This document shows positions 1 to 11,524 of a stretch of 12,529 nt of DNA, in pieces. Source of the DNA: a virus; UHGV virus genome UHGV-1994978; one strand, written 5' to 3'. Every line of letters begins with the position of its first letter. Positions within the stretch are counted from its first letter, which is position 1. A program made the position numbers and the translations under genes. Below the pieces are notes generated by a model. The model was not told the origin of the DNA, ran no database searches, and saw nothing but the letters and a program-made list of their open reading frames with translations.

Positions 1-489
1 GTGCAGGACAGGATTGAAGAAATAGAAAAAGAAATTATCAATGCTCAAACTGTAAGAGAGATACCTAAATTTGATTTTGATATGGATGAAGTACTTGATC
101 CAATGAACATAGAGCTACGAGCGAAAGTGCGAAAACAGCTTAGGTTAGTACTTAAAGCAGTGAAATACTGGATGTTCGATAAGCGTATTTTTATCCAATT
201 GGAATACTTCAATGATGTACTTTCACACATGCTTGTAATTGATAATAAACGTGGCGGTGGAGATGTAATATATGAAATGTCTATTGAAGAAAGAAAGGGT
301 GAACGAATCTATACAGTTCATGAAAATGGTCATGCAGTTTTCATTGCATCAGTAACTATCGGCACAGATATATGGTCATTAGCTTTAAGCCGCACACGTA
401 CAATTGATAGCATTGGCAATTACCTAAGCCTCCTTGCTCGTGAAGGTTTTGAGATCTTTGTGAACGAAGATCAAATTGATTGGTTTTAG
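1..489 (+). CDS. hypothetical phage protein; frame is open at the window start, so the true 5' end may lie upstream
   Basis: 162-codon ORF from the track, stop at 487-489, followed by a terminator hairpin; no recognisable motifs. Confidence 0.5.
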   Translation: MQDRIEEIEKEIINAQTVREIPKFDFDMDEVLDPMNIELRAKVRKQLRLVLKAVKYWMFDKRIFIQLEYFNDVLSHMLVIDNKRGGGDVIYEMSIEERKGERIYTVHENGHAVFIASVTIGTDIWSLALSRTRTIDSIGNYLSLLAREGFEIFVNEDQIDWF

Positions 490-568
490 TATTGTGAGAG
501 TACCTTACTTTCAATAAGTATGAAAATTCTTTGAAGAACGTAGTTTTTACATTTTAAACTTTATTTTT

Positions 569-598
569 ACCTCGCAGGAGAGATTCTGCGAGGTTTTT
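569..598 (+). terminator. rho-independent terminator
   Basis: ACCTCGCAG (569-577) / CTGCGAGGT (586-594) stem with 8-nt loop, then TTTTT (594-598), about 80 nt after the stop of ORF 1..489. Confidence 0.6.
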
Positions 599-717
599 CC
601 ATGTATGGTAATGCAATGAGGTGAGGCGTGGCTTGGGGGGCGTATAGAGCGTTACAGGAAGGATTTGCGTTAAGTGTTAGTTTGATGTGCATATCTGAGT
701 ATATTTTCCTATTATCT

Positions 718-746
718 TTGACCAGTCCTCGGGAATAATATATAAT
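718..746 (+). promoter_or_regulatory. sigma70-type promoter, TTGACC -17 bp- TATAAT
   Basis: -35 TTGACC at 718-723, 17-bp spacer, perfect -10 TATAAT at 741-746, about 90 nt upstream of ORF 836. Confidence 0.55.
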
Positions 747-835
747 GGCTTCACGCCCTTAATAAAGGCTAGGCAGACAAAAGAGATATATAAATCTTTT
801 CGCTACTGCCGATATCAAGTAGGAGCAAGTCCAAA

Positions 836-1192
836 ATGACACTCAAACATAATGAAACACATATTTATTATTCCAATGATTGTGCCGTAGAACAACAAGA
901 TAAAGAAATCTGGATCGACCAGAATTTAGTATATAGCTGCTGTAAAGGCGATGAAGTAGAGTATACAGAAGGTAATAAGTCGGACTCTCCATTCTATGGT
1001 CAAGAGGCTTTACAAACTATGTATTATACTGACCGTGGAAATGTTCAGTATAATAATGAAGATGGGAGTTTTTACTTTCGCCTTGATGATGGGAATATGA
1101 ATACATACATAGATGGACAACTCCAGATTGATGATCCTAACGGTGACTATGTAGAATTCATTGAGTTCGCAAATAGTGTAATGTCTAAGTAA
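836..1192 (+). CDS. highly acidic small hypothetical protein (118 aa)
   Basis: ORF with AGGAG at 821-825 upstream of ATG 836; roughly 23 Asp/Glu against 7 Lys/Arg by eye; sits downstream of the consensus promoter. Confidence 0.6.
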   Translation: MTLKHNETHIYYSNDCAVEQQDKEIWIDQNLVYSCCKGDEVEYTEGNKSDSPFYGQEALQTMYYTDRGNVQYNNEDGSFYFRLDDGNMNTYIDGQLQIDDPNGDYVEFIEFANSVMSK

Positions 1193-1205
1193 GAAAATTT
1201 ATAAA

Positions 1206-1248
1206 CGAAGGTGCTAACCTTCGACGGTCATCATATATGACCGATTTT
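1206..1248 (+). terminator. tandem hairpins, putative terminator
   Basis: CGAAGGT/ACCTTCG stem (1206-1223) and CGGTCA/TGACCG stem (1225-1243) followed by ATTTT; just after stop of ORF 836..1192. Confidence 0.4.
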
Positions 1249-1292
1249 AAGTGAGATACCATAAATACTCCTATAACAGATAGGAGAGATTT

Positions 1293-1466
1293 ATGAATTG
1301 GATATACAAAATAATCTTTGAAATCATTGCTACGGCAATCTATATGTTCGTACTATTTCCATGTTGGATAGTACTGTGCATCTTTTTTATGTTACTAACA
1401 GTATTAGCACTACCTTTGAAAATTCCAACCATAAATAAAATGGTTATCAAGTTTTTGGAACGATAA
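1293..1466 (+). CDS. small hydrophobic membrane protein (57 aa), not in the ORF track because it is under 60 aa
   Basis: ATG 1293 preceded by AGGAGAG; my translation MNWIYKIIFEIIATAIYMFVLFPCWIVLCIFFMLLTVLALPLKIPTINKMVIKFLER; almost entirely hydrophobic. Confidence 0.45.
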   Translation: MNWIYKIIFEIIATAIYMFVLFPCWIVLCIFFMLLTVLALPLKIPTINKMVIKFLER

Positions 1467-1484
1467 AAAATAACATGGTATAAT
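1455..1484 (+). promoter_or_regulatory. sigma70-type promoter with extended -10, TTGGAA -18 bp- TGgTATAAT
   Basis: -35 TTGGAA 1455-1460; TG at 1476-1477 and TATAAT 1479-1484; oriented toward the RHH and HNH genes. Confidence 0.5.
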
Positions 1485-1604
1485 CCATATTATGGTGATC
1501 ACTACCTCAACGTGATAATTATAATTCTACATCAAAAAGTAATCACCAACATGGGGATCTTTTTGCGTTGAGAAAAAATGGAAAATGTTAAACAAAGGAA
1601 TGTT

Positions 1605-1757
1605 ATGAAAGAAAAGAAAACTATTAGTGTTGGGGTGAGATTAAGTCCTACACAAGAAGAAATACTAAAATCACTTATAGTGTGTGGTAAGGCTACAACG
1701 ATGAGTTCAGCCATTCAGTATCTGATACAGCAATATGGGATTTTAGATAGTAAGTAA
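1605..1757 (+). CDS. ribbon-helix-helix (Arc/MetJ/CopG-like) DNA-binding protein; alternative in-frame start at 1578
   Basis: AAGGA (1594-1598) six nt before ATG 1605; MKEKKTISVGVRLSPTQEEILKSLIV-CGKATTMS-SAIQYLIQQYG fits a beta-strand / helix / Gly-loop / helix RHH layout. Confidence 0.5.
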   Translation: MKEKKTISVGVRLSPTQEEILKSLIVCGKATTMSSAIQYLIQQYGILDSK

Positions 1758-1830
1758 GGGTTTGGTACTTTCACTTTAGAAAGGTACTAACAGTACTTCA
1801 GGATGAAGTACTTAGTTTCAAGGATGAAGT

Positions 1831-2331
1831 ATGAAAAAGGAAAAAAGAAATGACCTAAAGGGTCAGGAATTACCACATGTAAAACAAGCACTACGAGTAT
1901 GGAATAATTTTCACTCAAGAGTACGTAATAACATCAATTACAGTACTGTTACCATCTGCGATGACTGGTATCGGTTTAGTGATTTTTATTATTGGTATGT
2001 TGAAAATGTTGTTGATGGTTGGCATTTAGATAAAGACATATTAGGAGGTAATGAGTACAGCCCAAGTAACTGCATCTTTGTACCGAGAGAAGTAAATCAA
2101 TTGTTCCGTAAAGTACCAACATCATTATCAACCGGTGTTGTCGTTAATCAAAAGGGCTATCAAGCACAAGCAACATTTGATAAGAAAGTACATAAGTTTG
2201 GGACATACCCAACGATAGAAGAAGCTCATGCTGCTTATGTTGTTGGGCGTAAATCATATATCTATAAAATATCGCAGCAGTATAAAGCATTTCCAAAACT
2301 TAGTGCGGTACTATTACAAAAATCACAATAA
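1831..2331 (+). CDS. HNH homing endonuclease (HNH_3-type nuclease motif plus AP2-like DNA-binding domain)
   Basis: DGWHLDKDILGGNEYSPSNCIFVPREVN matches the HNH_3 His/Asn pattern; C-terminal YQAQATFDKKVHKFGTYPTIEEAHAAY resembles the AP2 domain typical of phage homing endonucleases. Confidence 0.8.
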   Translation: MKKEKRNDLKGQELPHVKQALRVWNNFHSRVRNNINYSTVTICDDWYRFSDFYYWYVENVVDGWHLDKDILGGNEYSPSNCIFVPREVNQLFRKVPTSLSTGVVVNQKGYQAQATFDKKVHKFGTYPTIEEAHAAYVVGRKSYIYKISQQYKAFPKLSAVLLQKSQ

Positions 2332-2338
2332 TAAAATT

Positions 2339-2368
2339 GGCCTATAGTGGGTAGAGTCGCTATAGGCC
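2339..2368. other. stable stem-loop (9-bp stem, 12-nt loop) between HNH gene and next gene
   Basis: GGCCTATAG (2339-2347) pairs with CTATAGGCC (2360-2368); no T-run follows, so not a classic terminator. Confidence 0.4.
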
Positions 2369-2403
2369 ATGAAAAATTAACATAATTTACAGGGGTATTT
2401 ATC

Positions 2404-2853
2404 ATGGCAAGAAAAGAAGCAATTCATAATAATCAGAAAGTAAAGGGAGCATTAAAAAATATAACATTACATGCCCTTTCCAAAGAAGCAAAAGATGTAA
2501 TGAGAAATCTAATTCAAGAAAGTGATTTTTTAGGTAAAAACAGAGTACCAGAAGAAGACGTGTATGCCATTGTTCGTAATAGTCCAGAGTTAAGCGAACA
2601 GCTAACATTTGAATATCTAAAGCTATACAGACAAACAAAAGGTATGAACTACCCGGATAGTAAATCAGCACGTGAGAAGTACAAGAGGATCGCTACGCTC
2701 ATTTCACAGGCATTCGAGCAACTACTGAACGATGGTGTACCCCTCAACATGATTGCAAAGTATAAGTCTAAGCAGTTGATGACAGACGAACAGAAAGCCG
2801 CACATCTAGAGATGTTGACCTGCTCCCCGTTGATTAGTACACCCCGATGTTAG
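2404..2853 (+). pseudogene. phage gene interrupted by IS insertion (N-terminal part; native frame ends at the IS junction 2815/2816, the last 12 codons are read from the IS inverted repeat)
   Basis: ORF with AGGGG upstream of ATG 2404; reading frame runs straight into the IS left inverted repeat. Confidence 0.5.
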
Positions 2854-2858
2854 TAATG
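2816..2858. repeat. IS left terminal inverted repeat
   Basis: TGACCTGCTCCCCGTTGATTAG...GTTAGTAA aligns with the reverse complement of the right end. Confidence 0.7.
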
Positions 2859-2886
2859 TCTTCATAAGCCACATGAGGACATCCCC

Positions 2887-3150
2887 ATGAAGAAGCGTTT
2901 TTCCGACGAACAGATCATCAGTATTCTCCGCGAAGCCGAAGCTGGGGTACCCGCCCGTGAACTCTGCCGCAAGCATGCCATTTCCGATGCCACGTTTTAC
3001 ACCTGGCGTAAGAAGTATGGCGGTATGGAGGTGCCTGAAGTTAAGCGCCTGAAGTCGCTTGAGGAAGAGAACACCAGACTCAAGAAGCTGCTTGCCGAAG
3101 CCATGCTGGATAAAGAGGCGCTTCAGGTGGCTCTTGGGCGAAAGTACTGA
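2887..3150 (+). CDS. IS3-family transposase OrfA (helix-turn-helix and leucine-zipper part)
   Basis: [46 protein letters not shown]... is the typical IS3/IS407-group OrfA pattern. Confidence 0.9.
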   Translation: MKKRFSDEQIISILREAEAGVPARELCRKHAISDATFYTWRKKYGGMEVPEVKRLKSLEEENTRLKKLLAEAMLDKEALQVALGRKY

Positions 3151-3173
3151 CGACAGACCAGAAGCGGGAAGCC

Positions 3174-4218
<1,045 letters not shown>

Positions 4219-4219
<1 letters not shown>

Positions 4220-4612
4220 TGAAAAATCTACACAATGAAATTATGAATATCATTCAGTACGCCATTGATAACCCGTATCAGTTTGGAGATAACGATTGCA
4301 ATATTATTGTATTACGTATTATCGATTTAATTAATGGTACTACGCACTTAGCAAATCGTGAATATACAAGCATACAGGAAGGTATAGCAGGTCTAAAGGC
4401 TGAAGGATGGAATCATACAGGGGAGATAGTTGAACAGTACTGTAACCCCGTACAGGTCGTTATAGACGGTGATATATGGCTGGATCCTGATAACCCTTTA
4501 ATTATGGCAGTGGTTGTATCAGGTCGGGTACTTGGAGTGAATGAAAGCCATGATGGGTTTGAACTTCATCCAAAACCAACGAATGGAACATTTTATAGAG
4601 TAAGGAAACACA

Positions 4613-4620
<8 letters not shown>
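4219..4620 (+). CDS. putative tail assembly protein with NlpC/P60-like domain (lambda gpK C-terminal-like)
   Basis: GDNDCNIIVLRII has the NlpC/P60-type catalytic Cys context and His residues follow (ESHDGFELHP); directly upstream of and overlapping the J-like gene; weak similarity judged by eye. Confidence 0.45.
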
Positions 4621-7820
<3,200 letters not shown>

Positions 7821-7822
<2 letters not shown>

Positions 7823-7830
7823 TAAATATC
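7821..7830 (+). promoter_or_regulatory. AATAAATATC motif, candidate late promoter element
   Basis: Exact 10-mer 37 nt upstream of ATG 7868; same 10-mer recurs upstream of two other genes. Confidence 0.35.
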
Positions 7831-7867
7831 AAGGGGATAATTTCCCCTATGACTTAAAGGATTTAAT

Positions 7868-8164
7868 ATGGCACAAGGATTACAATGCTGGAATAGTGCA
7901 GGGGTATTAGTAGTAGATCTCGGTGATTATAATATGCGGTATATGGGTACTTACTCAATTACTGCTACTACTGCATCAAGTTATACTGTTACTGTACCCG
8001 GAATGAAAACAACAGGGTGGATAGCCTATTACGCACCATCTACGGATGTTTTTAATAATTGGTCTGTTATTTGTAATAATGGTTCAATGACTATCATTTA
8101 TCTACCAACGGGATCACCGTTTGCTGGTACGTATAGTTTCAACGTATATAAATGGACGGTGTAA
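7868..8164 (+). CDS. hypothetical tail-fibre-associated protein (98 aa)
   Basis: AAGGA upstream of ATG 7868; N-terminus MAQGLQCWNSAGVLVVD shares the NSAG-L-(V/I)D motif with the next gene. Confidence 0.6.
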   Translation: MAQGLQCWNSAGVLVVDLGDYNMRYMGTYSITATTASSYTVTVPGMKTTGWIAYYAPSTDVFNNWSVICNNGSMTIIYLPTGSPFAGTYSFNVYKWTV

Positions 8165-8165
8165 T

Positions 8166-8822
8166 ATGTCAGGGTTTGAAGTTTATAATTCTGCGGGTGC
8201 TCTCACGATTGACAGTACTAACAAGTCAATTCTCACAGGTGCTGTTAAGGCAATGGGTACACTGACTGATCAGGGGTACTACACAGGCTTTACATGTGCT
8301 TTTGGTAATGGTGGTGCTCTTGGCTTCTTGCCACCTGCAACTATCGTGAACAGGAACACTACGCAGTACTGGTTTCAGATACAGAAAGATGGTGGCTGGT
8401 GTTTTCCCGGTGCTGAGTTGTTCCAGCCGGGGATAGGGCGATTCATGACGAGTACGCACACTGCAACGCCTACGTCTGGTTATCTCGATGTGTTTAATGC
8501 TTCCGGTACTTTGATATGGTCTGCTGCATCGGCGGCTACCATGCCCCGTATACAGGGTTTCTTAACCGTACCTGCGGCAACAGATTTGAGTACTGCAATC
8601 ACAGTAACAAGCCCTGTTGCTAATCCCTGGTTTTGCTGGTCACAATGTCCGGGCAACTTAAGTGATGATGGGGAAACAATCGGTTATTCGGGAATAGTTA
8701 TTCGACGTAATAGCAGTACTTCATTCAGCTTGCAGTACGTTTCAAAGAACCAGAAAACATATCGTCAGGCAATGGGTAACAATGGTTTTCAAATTGCTTT
8801 AGCTACTTTCACCGGATATTAA
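8166..8822 (+). CDS. hypothetical tail-fibre-associated protein (218 aa), paralogous N-terminus to the preceding gene; the ORF-track start at 8121 is probably too far upstream
   Basis: ATG 8166 one nt after the previous stop; MSGFEVYNSAGALTIDSTNK; Gly/Ser/Thr-rich, as often seen in fibre or receptor-binding proteins. Confidence 0.6.
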   Translation: MSGFEVYNSAGALTIDSTNKSILTGAVKAMGTLTDQGYYTGFTCAFGNGGALGFLPPATIVNRNTTQYWFQIQKDGGWCFPGAELFQPGIGRFMTSTHTATPTSGYLDVFNASGTLIWSAASAATMPRIQGFLTVPAATDLSTAITVTSPVANPWFCWSQCPGNLSDDGETIGYSGIVIRRNSSTSFSLQYVSKNQKTYRQAMGNNGFQIALATFTGY

Positions 8823-8823
8823 C

Positions 8824-8833
8824 AATAAATATC
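8824..8833 (+). promoter_or_regulatory. AATAAATATC motif, candidate late promoter element
   Basis: Exact 10-mer 29 nt upstream of ATG 8863. Confidence 0.35.
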
Positions 8834-8862
8834 ATTATAAGAATAATAATAAGCGAGACAAT

Positions 8863-9129
8863 ATGGACATTGGTACAATCTTAGCTCTTATTATTTCTGG
8901 TTGTGTACTTCTGTACACTGTATTCCGCGACAATACAAAAGATACTGATGGACTACTTACACGTGTTTCAGAACTGGAAACTAAACAAGCAGTACAGGAA
9001 AGTAGTATGGTGCGTATTGAAGCTGATCAGAATAAGATGCGTGATGCTTTAACTAAACTTGAAAACCAGATTCATGATCTGGATGTGAAAATTGAAAAAA
9101 TCATTACCATTCTTGAACAGAAACAATAA
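8863..9129 (+). CDS. small membrane-anchored protein with C-terminal coiled coil (88 aa)
   Basis: N-terminal hydrophobic segment ILALIISGCVLLYTVF followed by a heptad-like helical region; function not assignable from sequence. Confidence 0.55.
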   Translation: MDIGTILALIISGCVLLYTVFRDNTKDTDGLLTRVSELETKQAVQESSMVRIEADQNKMRDALTKLENQIHDLDVKIEKIITILEQKQ

Positions 9130-9135
9130 GAAGAA

Positions 9136-9167
9136 AGGCGATAGTACATAATGCTATCGCCTTTTTG
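9136..9167. terminator. bidirectional rho-independent terminator between convergent genes
   Basis: AGGCGATAG / CTATCGCCT stem flanked by an A-tract upstream and TTTTT downstream. Confidence 0.6.
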
Positions 9168-9617
9168 TTATTTGTTGGTTAGTACGGCAATCATTGCATC
9201 AACACGATTAGGTGTTTGTTTATACCATAATGAATCTTTAGCCTGTCTGATGGCTTCCGGGTAATCTTTTGTTTTAAGGGCTACTAACATCTTTTTGAAT
9301 TTCTGTACCCCGCCTAAACCTAACTGGAACATCATTATCACAAGAAAATCTTTCCAGTCGTCAGGTAGCCAGATGTTGAGCGTTTCAACATTATGTACTG
9401 CAATTAGTATATCCTGGTCCAGTAGTCTATCTGCTTGCTCAATAGTAATACCATCTGGATACTTGTCACCAACATGTAGTAAATGACCGTAGCCAATGGT
9501 TTCAAATCCTAGTGAATCTTTGTATGTCCAAAATTTGTTATCGTGAAAGTACTTCAATTTTGTTTGATAAGCGATAGTACCTTCATATTCTTTTAATCTG
9601 TCTTTTAGTTTACTCAT
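9168..9617 (-). CDS. T4-type lysozyme (glycoside hydrolase family 24), putative endolysin
   Basis: YKDSLGFETIGYGHLL aligns with T4 lysozyme YKDTEGYYTIGIGHLL; MMFQLGLGGVQKF and WYKQTPNR match T4 MVFQMGETGVAGF and WYNQTPNR; Glu/Asp/Thr catalytic positions appear conserved. Confidence 0.85.
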   Translation of the reverse strand: MSKLKDRLKEYEGTIAYQTKLKYFHDNKFWTYKDSLGFETIGYGHLLHVGDKYPDGITIEQADRLLDQDILIAVHNVETLNIWLPDDWKDFLVIMMFQLGLGGVQKFKKMLVALKTKDYPEAIRQAKDSLWYKQTPNRVDAMIAVLTNK

Positions 9618-9647
9618 TAATAAATACCTATAATAAATCTATATAGG

Positions 9648-9657
9648 GATATTTATT
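9648..9657 (-). promoter_or_regulatory. AATAAATATC motif (minus strand), candidate late promoter element for the lysozyme gene
   Basis: Reverse complement of GATATTTATT; 30 nt upstream of the lysozyme start codon. Confidence 0.35.
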
Positions 9658-9681
9658 GTGAGAGTTAATAAAGCATGGGAG

Positions 9682-10107
9682 ATGTTCGATACTGATATGT
9701 GGGATATGTCAGAAGTAACAGATGGGAACTACGTTTCGTTTATCTACATTATTCAGTTTCCAGAGACTGGCGAGTACTATTTCGGTAAGAAGCAAATCTA
9801 TAAAAAAGTACGCGACATAAAGAATTTAAAGGCTACTTCAATTGAATCGAACTGGCCTGATTATACCGGTAGTAGTAAGTGCGTTAATGAAATGATTGAT
9901 GCCGGAATGCCATACACTAAAAAGATTTTGTACTGTGTTAAATCTGACGCAGAGGCAACGATTTTAGAAACAGCATTGATTAGCTACATTGGTTTACATC
10001 CCGACTGCTTAAATAAAGCAATTATGTGTAAAGCACGATTGCCAAAGAATCGTTTAGATTTATTTAAAGTACTGCAAGATCTAATTGATATGTTGGGTGT
10101 GAGGTAA
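9682..10107 (+). CDS. hypothetical protein, possibly a small GIY-YIG-like nuclease domain; track start 9658 (GTG) is the alternative
   Basis: GGGAG four nt before ATG 9682; SFIYIIQFPETGEYYFGKK loosely fits GIY...YIG spacing, with later Arg and Glu (ILETAL) candidates; weak assignment. Confidence 0.5.
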   Translation: MFDTDMWDMSEVTDGNYVSFIYIIQFPETGEYYFGKKQIYKKVRDIKNLKATSIESNWPDYTGSSKCVNEMIDAGMPYTKKILYCVKSDAEATILETALISYIGLHPDCLNKAIMCKARLPKNRLDLFKVLQDLIDMLGVR

Positions 10108-10111
10108 ATAC

Positions 10112-10672
10112 ATGACAAGAATAACGGGTATAGATAATGTCACGAACTATATAAAAACAACAGGAACGAAGTTAGGTAAACAGTTCCAAGATGAAATTAT
10201 TAAGCGTTCAAGAGTATTATCTATGAAAGTACAGGCAGATATGAACAATGCCGTAGACAAAGGTGCAGTACCTTTCACTCAACGATCAATTCTATTCTTT
10301 TATAAAAAACGGGGTAGTGGGGTTACAGCTACAATCATGGTCAAAGATGTTCAGGCACAGTACTTATATGGTGTACTGGTTGAACAAAAGGCCATTGATA
10401 AATTTGTGCCTACTTCAAAAGCCCGCTTAACAAAGCAGGGTAATATTAGTGGACTAAAGAAGAATTTATCAAGTGGACGATACAAGATTGTCAAAGGTAA
10501 AAACGGAAAAGAACGATTAATAGATACTACTCAAAAGAAAAAACAAAAGCGTGTAATCGGTCTACGGGAACGTAAACGCCGTAAAATAATTTATGATTTC
10601 TATCAGGAAGTGAATGATGGTGTGATGTTAGTAATGAGTGGTATACAGGGAACATTCAAGGTAACAAGATGA
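10112..10672 (+). CDS. hypothetical protein with strongly basic C-terminal region (186 aa)
   Basis: ORF starts 5 nt after the previous stop; KKKQKRVIGLRERKRRK basic cluster; no family recognised. Confidence 0.6.
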   Translation: MTRITGIDNVTNYIKTTGTKLGKQFQDEIIKRSRVLSMKVQADMNNAVDKGAVPFTQRSILFFYKKRGSGVTATIMVKDVQAQYLYGVLVEQKAIDKFVPTSKARLTKQGNISGLKKNLSSGRYKIVKGKNGKERLIDTTQKKKQKRVIGLRERKRRKIIYDFYQEVNDGVMLVMSGIQGTFKVTR

Positions 10673-10980
10673 ATTTTGATGAACATTATGGTGAACTAAC
10701 CAGTGAGATTAAACTCGATGGTAATACACCAGAGGCTAATAGTATGCCAATTCATAAATGCTTTCTTGGTAATAAGTTCAAGAAGGTACTAAAGAGTAAA
10801 CAGATTAATATCGAACATTTTATGAATGTTTGCTATGAGAAAAAACAAGATATAACGGACGGTTCAGTACTCACATGGTCACTACAAGGTGTCCAGATGG
10901 ATGTGTATGTAATCGAACACAAAAAACTATTCGTTAAGGGAAAACACTTTTGGGTGTATTGCGTGGGGATCATTGAATGA
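10669..10980 (+). CDS. hypothetical protein (103 aa)
   Basis: ATGA start/stop overlap with the upstream gene suggests translational coupling. Confidence 0.55.
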   Translation: MNFDEHYGELTSEIKLDGNTPEANSMPIHKCFLGNKFKKVLKSKQINIEHFMNVCYEKKQDITDGSVLTWSLQGVQMDVYVIEHKKLFVKGKHFWVYCVGIIE

Positions 10981-11270
10981 TTGGTGTAATAATTGATTTA
11001 ATTAAAACTGGAATGGACTTTTTCATCAAGAAGAAAACTGTAGAACAGGAAGTTCAAAAAAATAATGCTGAAGGGCAGATAGAAACGAACAAAGAAGAGA
11101 TTGAAAAGGTGACATTCCATTGGCGTAATGCTCTAGGATGTGTGCTCACCTTAATCATTCTATATAACTGGATCATAGTACCAGTACTTGATGCTTTTGG
11201 TATTGTGGTTATCCAAGTGCCGTTAGGTCAACTACTGCAAGTACTATTGATTATGGTTGGTGGAAGCTGA
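10977..11270 (+). CDS. hypothetical membrane protein with two C-terminal transmembrane segments (97 aa)
   Basis: ATGA overlap with the upstream gene; hydrophobic stretches LGCVLTLIILYNWIIVPVL and GIVVIQVPLGQLLQVLLIMVGG; strong terminator follows. Confidence 0.55.
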   Translation: MIGVIIDLIKTGMDFFIKKKTVEQEVQKNNAEGQIETNKEEIEKVTFHWRNALGCVLTLIILYNWIIVPVLDAFGIVVIQVPLGQLLQVLLIMVGGS

Positions 11271-11272
11271 GT

Positions 11273-11298
11273 AAGCCCCTTAAGGGGCTTTTCTTTTA
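11273..11298. terminator. rho-independent terminator between convergent transcription units
   Basis: AAGCCCCT / AGGGGCTT palindrome then TTCTTTTATT, directly after stop of 10977..11270. Confidence 0.7.
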
Positions 11299-11499
11299 TT
11301 CCCAAAAAATATTAGGTTCTCTACGTGGTTCATTTACTTCTGTTCTTTTAACCCTGGCTACTACTTCATTGGTTTTTTTGTCTACAATATCATATGTAAT
11401 TTCTTCAATTGAATCCTGAAAACCACTTTCTTTACGGTGTACATGATTCAATTCATAATCTTTTGTTGGATATTTTTTGTAGAATTCTGATTCAGTCAT
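11296..11499 (-). CDS. hypothetical protein (67 aa from ATG 11499; track extends to 11511)
   Basis: GGAGA five nt upstream of ATG 11499 on the minus strand; charged, no recognisable motif. Confidence 0.5.
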   Translation of the reverse strand: MTESEFYKKYPTKDYELNHVHRKESGFQDSIEEITYDIVDKKTNEVVARVKRTEVNEPRREPNIFWE

Positions 11500-11524
11500 G
11501 ACTATCTCCACTTATTATATATTA

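Noticed and set aside
45-230. 61-aa minus-strand ORF
   Set aside because: Lies entirely antisense within the 1..489 ORF, has no RBS and a low-complexity product; likely spurious
600-717. Relatively GC-rich untranslated stretch, considered as tRNA or small RNA
   Set aside because: No GTTCNANNC T-loop motif or cloverleaf-compatible pairing found by eye; left as intergenic promoter region
1532-1714. 60-aa minus-strand ORF
   Set aside because: Antisense to the RHH gene and the promoter region; the plus-strand RHH ORF has a proper RBS and a recognisable fold pattern
2402-2671. 89-aa minus-strand ORF
   Set aside because: Antisense within the plus-strand ORF 2404..2853; hydrophobic low-complexity translation typical of AT-rich antisense frames
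7833-7849. AGGGGA/TCCCCT hairpin after the J-like gene as a terminator
   Set aside because: Short stem and no following T-run; kept only as a possible RNA structure
8121-8165. Upstream extension of the 8166 gene to ATG 8121
   Set aside because: Would overlap the preceding gene by 44 nt; ATG 8166 directly after the upstream stop fits translational coupling
8226-8459. 77-aa minus-strand ORF
   Set aside because: Antisense within 8166..8822
9295-9486. 63-aa plus-strand ORF
   Set aside because: Antisense within the well-supported lysozyme gene
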